In this document: positions 44,688 through 54,943 of the stretch, in pieces | Position numbering within the stretch: position 1 is the stretch's first letter | How the letters are laid out: each line of letters begins with the position of its first letter | Source: Dehalococcoidia bacterium | GTDB lineage: Bacteria > Chloroflexota > Dehalococcoidia > UBA2979 | DNA: 64,000 nucleotides | Assembly: GCA_963667465.2 (NCBI GenBank) | Contig: CAXXDN010000001.1 | Location: forward strand, 352,001-416,000 | Reading direction: 5' to 3' | Position numbers and translations under genes: made by a program | The notes under the pieces: generated by a model | Database searches by the model: none | The model's input: the letters and a program-made list of their open reading frames with translations, nothing else | What the model was told of the DNA's origin: nothing

Positions 44688-45335
44688 ATGGACGTCAACT
44701 GGCTCGGACACGCCTGCGTGCGGCTGCGCACGCGGCAGGCCGCCGTGGTCATGGACCCGGCGAGCCGGGACGCCGGCTTCGACATGGGCCGGCCCGGCGC
44801 CGACATCGTCACGATCAGCCGCCACCATCCCTTCCACTCCCACGCCGCCGGCGTGCGCGGCCAACCGATCATCATCGACGGCCCCGGCGAGTACGAGATC
44901 GAGGGCGTGCAGCTCTTCGGCCTGCCGAGCCCGCTGCCGCGCGACGGCGAGGACGCGCCGAGCGAGCGCAACACCGCCTACGTCGTCGAGGCGGAGGGCC
45001 TGCACGTCGCGCACCTCGGTAGCGGCTGCGCGCCGCCACGCGAGGACGAGGCGGGGCTGTTCAGCAACATCGACATCCTGATCGTGCCGATCGGTGGCGA
45101 CGAGTCGGTCGCGCCGGAGCGGGCCGCCCGCACGGTGCGCGACCTGGAGCCGACGATCGTGATCCCCGTGGGTTATGACGGCCCCGCGGCCGAGGGCGAG
45201 CAGCCGCCCGCGCTGCGCGCCTTCCTCGACGCCACCGGCCTCAGCGGGGGCGAGCCGCTGGCGCGGCTGAGCATCCGCCCGCGCGGACTCGGCGAGGAGC
45301 AGCGCGTCGTCCTGCTGGAGGCCTCGCGCCGCTAA
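44688..45335 (+). CDS. MBL-fold metallo-hydrolase-like protein
   Basis: WLGHAC, ADIVTISRHHPFH, GPGEYE, DILIVPIGG, P.IVIP. Confidence 0.8.
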   Translation: MDVNWLGHACVRLRTRQAAVVMDPASRDAGFDMGRPGADIVTISRHHPFHSHAAGVRGQPIIIDGPGEYEIEGVQLFGLPSPLPRDGEDAPSERNTAYVVEAEGLHVAHLGSGCAPPREDEAGLFSNIDILIVPIGGDESVAPERAARTVRDLEPTIVIPVGYDGPAAEGEQPPALRAFLDATGLSGGEPLARLSIRPRGLGEEQRVVLLEASRR

Positions 45336-45356
45336 CGATCCTCCGCGGCGGTGTCG

Positions 45357-46658
45357 TCAGGGCAGGTAGATCATCGGGTTGCGGCGCACGCCGTCCAGCT
45401 CGATCTCGAAGTGCAGGTGCGGGCCGGTGGTGCGCCCGGTCAGACCGGCGAAGCCCAGGACGGTGCCGGCCGTGACCTCGTCGCCACTCGACACCGCGAA
45501 GCTCGCGAGGTGGGCGTAGAGCGTCGTGAACCCGCCGTCGTGCTGCACCTCGACGTAGAGGCCGTAGGAGCAACAGCGCGTGCCACCCACGAAGATCACC
45601 GTGCCGTCCGCCGCCGCCTTGATCGGCGTACCAACGGGAGCCTTGATGTCGATCCCGAGCGGGTGGCTCGGACCGAAGTACGAGGTGATGCTGTCCCGGG
45701 TGGGCCAGACAAAGTTGAACGCCGAACTCGTCTGCGGCGCCGCAGCGACCGCGCTCGACGGCCCCGCTGTCGCTGCGGGAGCGGGACGGACCACGGCGGC
45801 GGGTCTCGCGACGATGCGCCCGCCGGGCACGAGAATCGTCGTGTCCGCGTAGATGCTGCCCTCCCGGTCCAGCCGGTTCACCTCGATGATGTCGACGATG
45901 CTGGCGGCGTAGCGCTCGGCGATCTCGAGCAGCGTCTCGCCGTAGCGGACACCGTGGAGGATGCCGCCCACGCTCGGCACCTGGATCTCATCTCCCACGC
46001 TGAGGAAATCCTCGTCGGGGATGATGTCGATGTTGTTCCAGAGGATGTAGTTGGAGGCGATGCCGAAGCGTTCGGCGATCCCGATCACGGTATCGCCCTC
46101 CTGCACCTCGTAGCGGAAGAACAGCGGGCGAGGTTGTGTCTCGCGCTCCCGGAGTTCCGCCTCGGCCGGCGCCGCCACGGCCCCCCGCAACGCCGCTCTC
46201 GCGAGGTCGGCCTCGGTAGCGGACTGATCTCCTGACGCGGCCGCCCCGGAAGAAAGCGTATCGGCTCCCGGATACGTGAGCAGTGCGTTGACGAGCGGCG
46301 GCTCAATCCGCTCCAGGGCGGGCAACGCCGGCGCCGCCGGCTGCTCCCAGCTGGTCGCGCCGGCCATGCCGGGCAGCGAGATCTGCGAGGTCCTCAGTGC
46401 GGGACTCGGCTGCGTCGAACTCACGGTTACCGGGAAGAACCCGGCGATCAGGACGAGGACCAGCACCAGGCCGACGAACGACGCGTACACCGCGGGCGGC
46501 GCCAGCGGCAGCCACGACAGGCCGGCGGCAGCGATCTGCCGCCGCTGCGACAACGGAAGCTCGCGCCCGGTCGGCGGGCGCGGTCGGGGGAGTACGGGGC
46601 CGATCCTGTTGATGCGCGCCTCCTCCGGCCGGAGGCGGCCACCCCCGAGGCCGCGCAA
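45357..46658 (-). CDS. LysM + M23 peptidase, membrane-anchored (start uncertain)
   Basis: TM helix, two LysM repeats (YEVQEGDT, HGVRYGETL), HPLGID and TGPHLHFE. Confidence 0.88.
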   Translation of the reverse strand: MRGLGGGRLRPEEARINRIGPVLPRPRPPTGRELPLSQRRQIAAAGLSWLPLAPPAVYASFVGLVLVLVLIAGFFPVTVSSTQPSPALRTSQISLPGMAGATSWEQPAAPALPALERIEPPLVNALLTYPGADTLSSGAAASGDQSATEADLARAALRGAVAAPAEAELRERETQPRPLFFRYEVQEGDTVIGIAERFGIASNYILWNNIDIIPDEDFLSVGDEIQVPSVGGILHGVRYGETLLEIAERYAASIVDIIEVNRLDREGSIYADTTILVPGGRIVARPAAVVRPAPAATAGPSSAVAAAPQTSSAFNFVWPTRDSITSYFGPSHPLGIDIKAPVGTPIKAAADGTVIFVGGTRCCSYGLYVEVQHDGGFTTLYAHLASFAVSSGDEVTAGTVLGFAGLTGRTTGPHLHFEIELDGVRRNPMIYLP

Positions 46659-46779
46659 ATCAACCGTCCGGGTAGCGATCTACCCGACGGGAAAGCAGGA
46701 TCTTAGCACGAGACCAGGTGATGAGCCGCGCCGCGGCGGGTGCGTGGGAAGTCGCGGGCGTTCCGCCCGGCCTTCCCGG

Positions 46780-48234
46780 CTAGAGGATCCCGGACTTCAG
46801 ATTGCCGAGGAACTCCTCGTTGGTTTCGGTCTTCGTGACACGCTCGAGCACGTCCTCGGTGGCGTCGGTGCCGTTGTCGCTGACCATCGCGGCCATGCGC
46901 CGCAGCAGCCAGACCTGGCGCAGTTGCTCCTCCGAGAACAGCAGATCCTCGCGGCGCGTCGAAGAGGCGAAGATGTCGATCGCCGGGTAGACGCGCTTCT
47001 CGGCGAGCCGCCGGTCGAGCCGGATCTCCATGTTCCCGGTGCCCTTGAACTCCTCGAAGATCACGTCGTCCATGCGCGAGCCGGTTTCCACGAGGCAGGT
47101 GGCGATGATCGTCAGCGAGCCGCCTTCCTCGATGTTGCGCGCGGAGCCAAAGAAGCGCTTCGGCGGGTACAGCGCGATCGGGTCGATGCCGCCCGAGAGG
47201 GTGCGTCCGCTGGCCGGAATCGCAAGGTTGTAGGCGCGCGCCAGGCGGGTGATCGAGTCCATCAGGATCACCACGTCCGTGCCGCCCTCGACGAGCCGCC
47301 GCGCCCGCTCGATCGCCACCTCGGCGACGCGCGTGTGGTCCTCGACCGGCTCATCGAAGGTGGAGGCGATCACTTCGCCGCGCACGGAGCGGCGCATGTC
47401 CGTGACCTCCTCCGGGCGCTCGCCGACGAGCAGCACCATGAGATGGACCTCGGGGTTGTTGATCGCGACGCCGTGCGCGATCGACTTGAGCAGCATCGTC
47501 TTGCCGGCCTTCGGCGGCGAGACGATGAGCCCGCGCTGCCCGCGCCCAACCGGCGAGAACAGATCGACAATGCGCTGGCTCAGCTCGCTGCTGTCAGTCT
47601 CGAGTGACAGCATGTCGTCCGGGAAGATCGGCGTGAGCTCCTCGAAGTTGGGGCGCCGCCGCGCGACTTCCGGATCGACGCCGTTGACGGCCTCGACGCG
47701 AAGCAGACCGTAGTACTTCTCCGAGTCCTTGGGCTGGCGCACCTGGCCGGTGACGTAGTCGCCGCCGCGCAGCGCGAAGCGCCGGATCTGGGACTGGGAG
47801 ACGTAGACATCGTTCGGCCCCGGCACCAGCCGCTCGCCGCGCAGGAAGCCGAACCCGTCATCGACGATGGCGAGCACGCCGCCCGCGTAGATCGTCCCCT
47901 GGCGCTCCGCCTGGTTGCGCAGGATCCGGAAGAGCAAGTCCTGCTTGGCGAAGCTCTGCGGGTTCTCAATCCCTTGCTCGGTGGCGAGTTCGAGCAGCTG
48001 GTCCAGTGTCTGCGCCTCGAGGTCCGCGATGTCGAGGCTCTTGGGCGGTGGCCCGTCGGGGCGGGGAGCACGCTCGCGGCGCCGCCAGCGACCGCCATTG
48101 CGGCTCTCGCGACCCTCGCGGCCGTCGCGGTTCTCGCGCGGCTCACGGCCTTCGGCGGCGCGGGTCGCGTCGCCAGGCTCTTCGGCAGTGCGGGTGGACG
48201 CTTCTCGGCGCCCCCGTGGAGAAGAAGGTGTCAT
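46780..48234 (-). CDS. rho: Transcription termination factor Rho
   Basis: [43 protein letters not shown]; charged N-terminal extension. Confidence 0.98.
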   Translation of the reverse strand: MTPSSPRGRREASTRTAEEPGDATRAAEGREPRENRDGREGRESRNGGRWRRRERAPRPDGPPPKSLDIADLEAQTLDQLLELATEQGIENPQSFAKQDLLFRILRNQAERQGTIYAGGVLAIVDDGFGFLRGERLVPGPNDVYVSQSQIRRFALRGGDYVTGQVRQPKDSEKYYGLLRVEAVNGVDPEVARRRPNFEELTPIFPDDMLSLETDSSELSQRIVDLFSPVGRGQRGLIVSPPKAGKTMLLKSIAHGVAINNPEVHLMVLLVGERPEEVTDMRRSVRGEVIASTFDEPVEDHTRVAEVAIERARRLVEGGTDVVILMDSITRLARAYNLAIPASGRTLSGGIDPIALYPPKRFFGSARNIEEGGSLTIIATCLVETGSRMDDVIFEEFKGTGNMEIRLDRRLAEKRVYPAIDIFASSTRREDLLFSEEQLRQVWLLRRMAAMVSDNGTDATEDVLERVTKTETNEEFLGNLKSGIL

Positions 48235-48491
48235 GCGCGTTATGCGCCGTCCTGTTCGACGGCATCCAAAACCGGGGACAAGTGGACGGTGTGTAGTCTA
48301 CCGCACTCTGCAGCGGATTGCACAGAGGGGGCTCGCCGCGTTCCAGCGGAGCGGGGACGCTGACCCGGCTTCATACAAAACCGCCCGCCGGTCGCCCTCC
48401 TCGGCCGACCCCCTCGCAGCCGGGGGATGATGCAGCGCGAGGGTTGCAGGCCGTAGCCTGAACGGGCAGCGGCGGCGGCAGGAGCCTCGCG

Positions 48492-50249
48492 ATGCACGAA
48501 CAGGTACTCGTCGGCGAACTCACGGTGATCGGCGTGCTTGCCGTCGCGACGGCGCTCGGACTGCACCGCCTCGGGTTGCCCGCGACCATTGGTTTCCTGA
48601 TCACCGGCAGCATCGCGGGCCCGCACGGCCTCCACCTCGTCAGCAACACCGACCGCATCATGCAGATCGCCGAGCTCGGCGTGATCCTGTTGCTCTTCGC
48701 GATCGGGCTCGAGTTCTCGCTCTCGCGGCTGCGCTTCATCTGGCGCGCCGTGGCGATCGGCGGCTCGCTGCAGGTCGGCGCCACGGCGGCGGCGGCGCTC
48801 GCGATCCTCGCGATTGCCGGCGACAGCGTAGAACGCGGTCTCGTCTTCGGGTTCATCGTGGCGCTCTCGAGCACCGTCGTCGTACTGCGCGTGCTGTCGG
48901 TGCGAGGCGAGCTGGCCGCCCCGCACGGCCGCTTCACCGTCGGCGCGCTGATCTACCAGGATCTGCTGATCATCCCGCTGACGCTCCTCGTGCCGGTCCT
49001 CGCCAGCGGGGACGGCAGCGGCTTCCTGCTCGATGCCGGCTGGGCGCTGCTACGCGCCACGCTGGCGATGGCGGTCCTGCTCGGTGTCGCCCGCGTCCTG
49101 ATCCCGCGGCTGTTCGCGGCGGTGGACGCGACCCGCACCCGCGAGGTGTTCCTGCTGACCGTGATCTCGGTCGCCCTCGGCTCCGCCTGGCTGATGAACC
49201 AGCTCGGGCTCTCCGTCGCACTGGGCGCCTTCCTCGCCGGCCTGCTGCTCGCCGATACCGACTACCGGCATCGCGCCACCAGCGACATCATCCCGCTGCG
49301 CGACGTCTTCACGAGCTTCTTCTTCATCTCGCTCGGCATGCTGGTCGACTGGCGGGTGTTCGTGGAGCAGCCGCTCCTCGCGCTCCTGATCGTGCTCGGA
49401 TTGGTTCCCGGCAAGGCGCTGATCGCCTCGCTCGCGGCGGTCACGATGCGCTACCCGGCGCAGGCGGCGTGGCGGGCGGGCTTCTACCTCGCGCAGTTCG
49501 GCGAGTTTGGCTACGTGGTCCTGATCCTCGGGGCGAACGAGGGGCTGATCACGTCCGACGAGGTACGGCTGATCGTCACCACGGGCGTCGTCAGCATCAT
49601 GCTGTCGCGGCTGCTCATGCGCTGGACCGGCGAGATGCACGCCGGCGAGGTACTGCTCCGCCCGCTCGAGCGGCTCCTGCGCGTGCGCGGCATCGACGAG
49701 CCGACACCTGATGACGCCGCACTCGCCGGACATGTCGTCGTCGCCGGGTTCGGCGTTGCCGGCCAGTTGCTCTCCCGCACGCTGGCGCGAGCGGGCATCC
49801 CCTACGTCGTACTCGAGCTCAACGCCGAGACCGTGCGCGAAGCGCGCCTGGGGCACGAGCACGTCTACTACGGCGACGTCACCAGCCGGGAAGTGCTGGA
49901 GCACGCGCGGCTCGCACACGCCCGCGCCCTGGTGCTGCTGATCAACGACCCGCCCGCCGCACGCAGCGCGATCGGCGCCGCACGCGAGGAAAGCCCGGAG
50001 ATCCCGATCCTCGTGCGCACGCGCTTCGTCGCCGAGCGGGAGGGCCTGCTCGCGCTCGGCGCCGATCTCGTGGTCTGCGAGGAGCTCGAGAGCGGCGTCG
50101 AGATGTCCGCCCACGTCCTGCGCGTGCTCGGCCTCGATGCTCCGGCGATCCGCCATCGCGTCGGCGAGATGCTGACCGACACGGAGGGCGCCGATCTGAC
50201 GGGAGGCAGCGGGGAGTGGATCCAGGCGCTGGGCGACCGCTCGCGCTAG
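48492..50249 (+). CDS. CPA2/Kef-type cation:proton antiporter with TrkA-N domain
   Basis: AELGVILLLFAIGLE, LSST, QD, LAQFGEF, GFGVAG, YYGD. Confidence 0.9.
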   Translation: MHEQVLVGELTVIGVLAVATALGLHRLGLPATIGFLITGSIAGPHGLHLVSNTDRIMQIAELGVILLLFAIGLEFSLSRLRFIWRAVAIGGSLQVGATAAAALAILAIAGDSVERGLVFGFIVALSSTVVVLRVLSVRGELAAPHGRFTVGALIYQDLLIIPLTLLVPVLASGDGSGFLLDAGWALLRATLAMAVLLGVARVLIPRLFAAVDATRTREVFLLTVISVALGSAWLMNQLGLSVALGAFLAGLLLADTDYRHRATSDIIPLRDVFTSFFFISLGMLVDWRVFVEQPLLALLIVLGLVPGKALIASLAAVTMRYPAQAAWRAGFYLAQFGEFGYVVLILGANEGLITSDEVRLIVTTGVVSIMLSRLLMRWTGEMHAGEVLLRPLERLLRVRGIDEPTPDDAALAGHVVVAGFGVAGQLLSRTLARAGIPYVVLELNAETVREARLGHEHVYYGDVTSREVLEHARLAHARALVLLINDPPAARSAIGAAREESPEIPILVRTRFVAEREGLLALGADLVVCEELESGVEMSAHVLRVLGLDAPAIRHRVGEMLTDTEGADLTGGSGEWIQALGDRSR

Positions 50250-50272
50250 CGGTGTCCCGGGCCTCCCGTTGC

Positions 50273-50740
50273 TCAGAACGGCTTGTAGATCGCCAGCCAG
50301 GTCATCACCGGCACCGTCACGACCATCAGCGTGCCGAAGACCACCGGCACGCGGTCGTTGATCGCGTCCTCGAGTTCCCGGGTGGTCTCGCCTCGCTTCT
50401 TTGCCTGCAGCGCCAGCAGCCGCACCCGCCGCAGCCCGACGCCGAGCAGCGGCAGGAAGATGAAGACGTCGACGGCGTAGATCAGCTCGAGCGCCAGCAG
50501 CCAGCCGGTGGTCACGAGATTGGTGTTCTCCGAGGCCGCCCAGGCGAAGCCGGTCAGCCCCGTGGCCAGCAGGCCGGAGAGCAGCCAGCGCGTCTCGTTC
50601 TGCTGCGCCTCGGTCAGCAGCGTGGCGCGCAGGTTGATGTCAGAGGTGGCCCAGGCGCGCCAGACGGCAACCATCACGGAGCCGAGTCCGGCCATCATCC
50701 AGAACAGCGCCAGCACGTGCAGCAAGCGGAAGAAGGTCAT
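50273..50740 (-). CDS. Four-TM membrane protein (DUF2269-like)
   Basis: LLHVLA N-terminus and YKPF C-terminus. Confidence 0.7.
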   Translation of the reverse strand: MTFFRLLHVLALFWMMAGLGSVMVAVWRAWATSDINLRATLLTEAQQNETRWLLSGLLATGLTGFAWAASENTNLVTTGWLLALELIYAVDVFIFLPLLGVGLRRVRLLALQAKKRGETTRELEDAINDRVPVVFGTLMVVTVPVMTWLAIYKPF

Positions 50741-50788
50741 CGTGGCTCCGCGATTCGGGCGCGCTCGCCCCGGCTCAGCGCCTCACGC

Positions 50789-52429
50789 TCACGACGTCGC
50801 CGCCTGCGAGGCCGCCTCCCGCGCGGCGCCGGCGCGGTACTCCAGCGCCGCCCCCACGAAGTCGCGGAACAGCGGCTGCGGGCGCAGCGGGCGCGAGGTG
50901 AACTCCGGATGGAACTGCGTCCCGAGCATCCAGGGATGGTCGCGCAACTCCATGATCTCGACCAGCTCGCCGTTCGGCGAGCAGCCGGAGGCGATCAGGC
51001 CGTGCTGCTCCAGCACCGGCAGCAGGGCGTTGTTCACCTCGTACCGGTGGCGGTGCCGCTCGCGCACCCGCTCCCGGCCGTAGGCCGCCGCGGCGTGCGT
51101 ACCCTCGACCAGCCGGCAGTCGAAGCCGCCGAGGCGCATCGTCCCGCCGTAGTCCTCGATGCCGCGCTGCTCGGAGAGCAGCGAGATCACCGGGAACGGG
51201 GTCCGCGGATCGGCTTCCGTGGTGTTGGCCTCGGGCATCCCCGCAACGTTGCGGGCGAACTCGCAGACCATCATCTGCAGGCCCAGGCAGACGCCGAAGT
51301 AGGGGATGCGCCGCTCACGCGCATACGTCGCGGCGGAGATCTTGCCCTCCAGCCCGCGGTCGCCGAAGCCCGGACAGACGAGGATGCCGTCGACCTCGCC
51401 GATCGCCTCCTCGGGCGACCGCGTGTCGAGCTCCTCGGAATGCACCCAGTGGAAGTTGATCCGCACGCGATGGAAGACGGCGGCGTGGATCAGTGCCTCG
51501 CGGATCGAGAGGTAGGCGTCATGCAGCTCCACGTACTTGCCGACCACGGCAATGCGCACCTCGGAGTCCGGGTTGCGCAACCGCTCGACGAAGTCGCGCC
51601 AGTCGTCCAGGTCGGACACGGGGGTCTCGATACCGATGCGCTGCAGCACCAGGTCGGCGAGCCCGCACGCCTCGAGGACCAACGGGATTTCGTAGATCGA
51701 GTCAGCCGTCTGGAGGGGAATGACCGCCTCGCGCTCCACGTTGCAGAAGAGGCCGATCTTCTCGCGCAGCGCCTCCGGCGCCGGTTGGTCGGCGCGAGCG
51801 ATGATCACGTCCGGCTGGATGCCGAAGGAGCGCAGCTCCCGCACCGAGTGCTGCGTCGGCTTGGTCTTCAGCTCGCGCGTCGAGCCGATGTAGGGCAGCA
51901 ACGTCACATGGATCGAGGCCGTCGCGTCCACGCCCAGCGTGTGCCGCATCTGCCCGATCGCCTCGATGAACGGCTGGCTCTCGATGTCGCCGATGGTGCC
52001 GCCGACCTCGACGATCACGATCTCGGCGTCCAGCGCGCTGCCAGCCTCGCGGATGCGCTTGCGAATCTCGTTGGTGACGTGCGGGATCTGCTGGATGGTG
52101 CCGCCGAGGAAGTCGCCCTTCCGCTCCTTGCGGATCACCTCCTCGTAGATCTGGCCGGAGGAGGTGGAGTTGGCCTGCGAGAAGTTCTCGTCGAGGAAGC
52201 GCTCGTAGTGACCGAGGTCCAGGTCGGTCTCGGCGCCGTCGTCGGTGACGAAGACCTCGCCGTGCTGGTAGGGCGACATCGTGCCGGGGTCGACGTTGAT
52301 GTAGGGGTCGAGTTTGAGGACGGAGACACGGAGGCCGCGGGCGCGCAGGATGCGGCCGAGCGAGGCGGTGACGATCCCCTTCCCGACGGAGCTCACGACG
52401 CCGCCCGTGACGAAGATGTACTTCGGCAT
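50789..52429 (-). CDS. pyrG: CTP synthase
   Basis: KYIFVTGGVVSSVGKG, DPYINVDPGTMSPYQHGE, CLGLQ, QFHPEF. Confidence 0.98.
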   Translation of the reverse strand: MPKYIFVTGGVVSSVGKGIVTASLGRILRARGLRVSVLKLDPYINVDPGTMSPYQHGEVFVTDDGAETDLDLGHYERFLDENFSQANSTSSGQIYEEVIRKERKGDFLGGTIQQIPHVTNEIRKRIREAGSALDAEIVIVEVGGTIGDIESQPFIEAIGQMRHTLGVDATASIHVTLLPYIGSTRELKTKPTQHSVRELRSFGIQPDVIIARADQPAPEALREKIGLFCNVEREAVIPLQTADSIYEIPLVLEACGLADLVLQRIGIETPVSDLDDWRDFVERLRNPDSEVRIAVVGKYVELHDAYLSIREALIHAAVFHRVRINFHWVHSEELDTRSPEEAIGEVDGILVCPGFGDRGLEGKISAATYARERRIPYFGVCLGLQMMVCEFARNVAGMPEANTTEADPRTPFPVISLLSEQRGIEDYGGTMRLGGFDCRLVEGTHAAAAYGRERVRERHRHRYEVNNALLPVLEQHGLIASGCSPNGELVEIMELRDHPWMLGTQFHPEFTSRPLRPQPLFRDFVGAALEYRAGAAREAASQAATS

Positions 52430-52525
52430 CAGCCCTCGGATGGTTGGGGAGGACACGGACCATATTCCGCGCGCGCCGCGAAGGTGTCAACGATCAGGGG
52501 GCGCGCGGCGCTCATGAGCAGGCCG

Positions 52526-52915
52526 CTACGGATCGCCTGTGTAGTCCTCTAGCTCGTCCAACGCCGGGGCGCGTCCGATACCCCAGAGGGTCACATCCCG
52601 ACTTCGCTCGAAATCAGCATGGAACTCGAACCAGACCATGCACTCCGGCACATCCGGGAATCCGGGCTCCGTGAGGAGCAGCCCTTCGCGGATCGGTTCG
52701 TCGCCCTCAACGACTCTGATTCGGGGGTGCTCCCGGCTCTCCCGGTACGCCTCGATCTCGCGATCGAGGACATGCTTGATGCCGCGCTCGAGCAGGTACA
52801 GCCGCGCGACGGCTCCCGGGACCAGCGAGCGGAGTTGCCCCGAGAACTCGGATGTTACCTCGAAGTGGTGTGTCCAGCGGCCGTGCGGCTGCTCACGAGG
52901 AAGATCTCGTGGCAC
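52526..52915 (-). CDS. Hypothetical protein, putative toxin partner of the Panacea antitoxin
   Basis: 129 aa overlapping the 3' end of the DUF4065 gene; topology loosely RelE/ParE-like. Confidence 0.55.
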   Translation of the reverse strand: MPRDLPREQPHGRWTHHFEVTSEFSGQLRSLVPGAVARLYLLERGIKHVLDREIEAYRESREHPRIRVVEGDEPIREGLLLTEPGFPDVPECMVWFEFHADFERSRDVTLWGIGRAPALDELEDYTGDP

Positions 52916-53453
52916 GTCGTTCCGTTCGCGCCCGCTCCCACGCAGCGACCTCGGTCGGCGTGGGCTGGCGATCCGAGATGTAGACGGTCTCGTACGGGAT
53001 CTCCTCGCGATCTCGCGCGAGCCTCCAGCCCGCCTCGAGGTGCGATAGCGCGCTCACCTGCGATGCGTTGAGGTCCCCAAGCTCGGTCAGGACCGCATCA
53101 ACAATGGCGATCTCCGCAGAATCGAGGATCTCCCTTGCGTCAGACTTCCGCAGTGGCCGAACCACCTTCTGGGGACGATTGAAGTAACGCCGCTCCACTC
53201 GCTCGATTTCTCCCTCTGCTTCCATCAAGCGGAGGGCGGGGAGCAGTTCCCTGGGGGCGGGCCCCCTGTCCAGGCGCTGGTACGTGGCGCCCGTGATCGA
53301 CTCGCCGAGCATGCCAAACGCCTTGAAGTCGCTGAAGTACAGAATCTTGTTGAGCTTCGTGGCTCCGAAGCGAGGGTCGTCCTCCGACTCCTCGGCCACG
53401 TAGAGAACGACTTCCCGGAACTTCCTGTTGTCGAAGCTCGTCGCCAGAGCCAC
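52893..53453 (-). CDS. Panacea (DUF4065/SocA-like) antitoxin-domain protein
   Basis: TKLNKILYFSDF..G.SITG..Y.....GP.P, SALSH...W......EIPY; GTG 53453 with GGAGG RBS. Confidence 0.85.
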   Translation of the reverse strand: MALATSFDNRKFREVVLYVAEESEDDPRFGATKLNKILYFSDFKAFGMLGESITGATYQRLDRGPAPRELLPALRLMEAEGEIERVERRYFNRPQKVVRPLRKSDAREILDSAEIAIVDAVLTELGDLNASQVSALSHLEAGWRLARDREEIPYETVYISDRQPTPTEVAAWERARTERRATRSSS

Positions 53454-53648
53454 CCTCCACATATCGTGACCGGCCTTGCACCGGACAGGCCGCTGATCCA
53501 CGGCTCACCTGCCAATACACTCTAGCCCTGTGCCGACCGCCCTGCCAAGACGGCTCTCGGCAGTTTCTTGCCGACGCTGTACGCCCCCCGTACGCTGAGC
53601 CGTGCGCTATCGAGGGTCCCGAGGCCCGCGATTAGAGAGGCCCCACGG

Positions 53649-54932
53649 ATGCCACCCGCCGAGGCGGTTCAACCGCACATCAGCACGCTGCCCAACGGCT
53701 TGCGCGTCATCACCACCGAGGTTCCCACCGCCCAGAGCGCCAGCGTCTCCTTCTTCGTCGGCGTCGGTTCGCGCGACGAGGATCCGCGCACCAACGGCGT
53801 CTCCCACTACCTGGAGCACCTGCTCTTCAAGGGCACCTCGACGCGCCCCACCGCGCCCGAGATCAGCGAAGCGATCGAGGGCGCGGGTGGCGCCCTCAAC
53901 GCCTACACCACCCGGGAGCTGACCTGCTACTGGAACAACATGCCCTTCGAGCGCGCCGGCACCGGCGTCGAGGTGCTGGCCGACATGATCCAGCGCTCCC
54001 TGCTCGACAGCGAGGAGATCGACCGCGAGCGCACCGTGGTCCAGCAGGAGATCCGCCGCGGCCACGACGCTCCCGCCTCCCGCGCCTCCGAGCTGATGGT
54101 GCGCGCCGTCTACGGAGACCAGCCGATTGGCTGGCCCGTCACCGGCTCGATCGACACCGTCGAGGCCCTGAGCCGCGAGGACTTCGTCTCCCACGTGGAG
54201 CGCTTCTACGGCGCGGAGAACTCGGTGCTGTCCGTCGCCGGCAACGTCACGCACGCGTGGGTCGCCGAGGCTGCCGCGGAGTGGTTCGACGGCCTTCGCG
54301 ACGGCGCGGCCTGCGCTCCGTCGGCCGCCGAGCACGGTCTGCCCGCTGAGCCGATCATCATCGAGGAGCGCGAGATCGAGCAGACCAACATCCGGCTCGC
54401 CGTGCAGGGACCAGCGCGACGCGATCCGGACCGCTACGCGTTGGCGCTGCTGCACACCGTGCTGGGACGCGGCATGTCCTCCCGGCTCTTCCAGGAGGTG
54501 CGCGAGCGCCGGGGGCTCGCCTACTCCGTCGCATCGGGCGTCGCGCAGCACCAGGACATCGGCTCGTTCATCGTGAGCGCGGGCGTCTCGCGCGATCAGC
54601 AGGAGGAGGCCTTGCAGGTGATCGTCGGCGAGCTGCAGCGCGCCGCCGCCGAGCCCGTCAGCGACGAGGAGTTGCAGCGCGCCAAGGACTTCGCCGCCGG
54701 AACCTTCCGGCTCTCGATGGAGACGCCGATGGCGCTCGGCCAGCACTTCGGCTCGCAGCTGCTGCAGGACGGCGAGATCGAGCTGCCGGGCGACACCGTC
54801 GCGCGCATCCGCGCCGTCGAGGCCGGCGCTGTGCAGGCCGTCGCCCAGCGGCTGTTCGGTGGTGACTACGCGCTCGCCGTCGTCGGCCCCTCGGCCCCGG
54901 CGGATCGCCTCGGCGCGATCCTCGCCGCCTGA
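53649..54932 (+). CDS. M16 (pitrilysin-like) zinc peptidase
   Basis: TLPNGLRV, HYLEH, NAYT, SSRLFQEVRERRGLAY. Confidence 0.93.
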   Translation: MPPAEAVQPHISTLPNGLRVITTEVPTAQSASVSFFVGVGSRDEDPRTNGVSHYLEHLLFKGTSTRPTAPEISEAIEGAGGALNAYTTRELTCYWNNMPFERAGTGVEVLADMIQRSLLDSEEIDRERTVVQQEIRRGHDAPASRASELMVRAVYGDQPIGWPVTGSIDTVEALSREDFVSHVERFYGAENSVLSVAGNVTHAWVAEAAAEWFDGLRDGAACAPSAAEHGLPAEPIIIEEREIEQTNIRLAVQGPARRDPDRYALALLHTVLGRGMSSRLFQEVRERRGLAYSVASGVAQHQDIGSFIVSAGVSRDQQEEALQVIVGELQRAAAEPVSDEELQRAKDFAAGTFRLSMETPMALGQHFGSQLLQDGEIELPGDTVARIRAVEAGAVQAVAQRLFGGDYALAVVGPSAPADRLGAILAA

Positions 54933-54943
54933 GCCGCCCGCCG

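Noticed and set aside
46703..46711. Second CIRCE (TTAGCAC)
   Set aside because: Half-site only; no GAGTGCTAA arm at 9-nt spacing.
48235..48491. Riboswitch in the rho/Kef divergent spacer (e.g. c-di-AMP)
   Set aside because: No recognisable consensus, only weak GC-rich stems. An Infernal scan would be needed.
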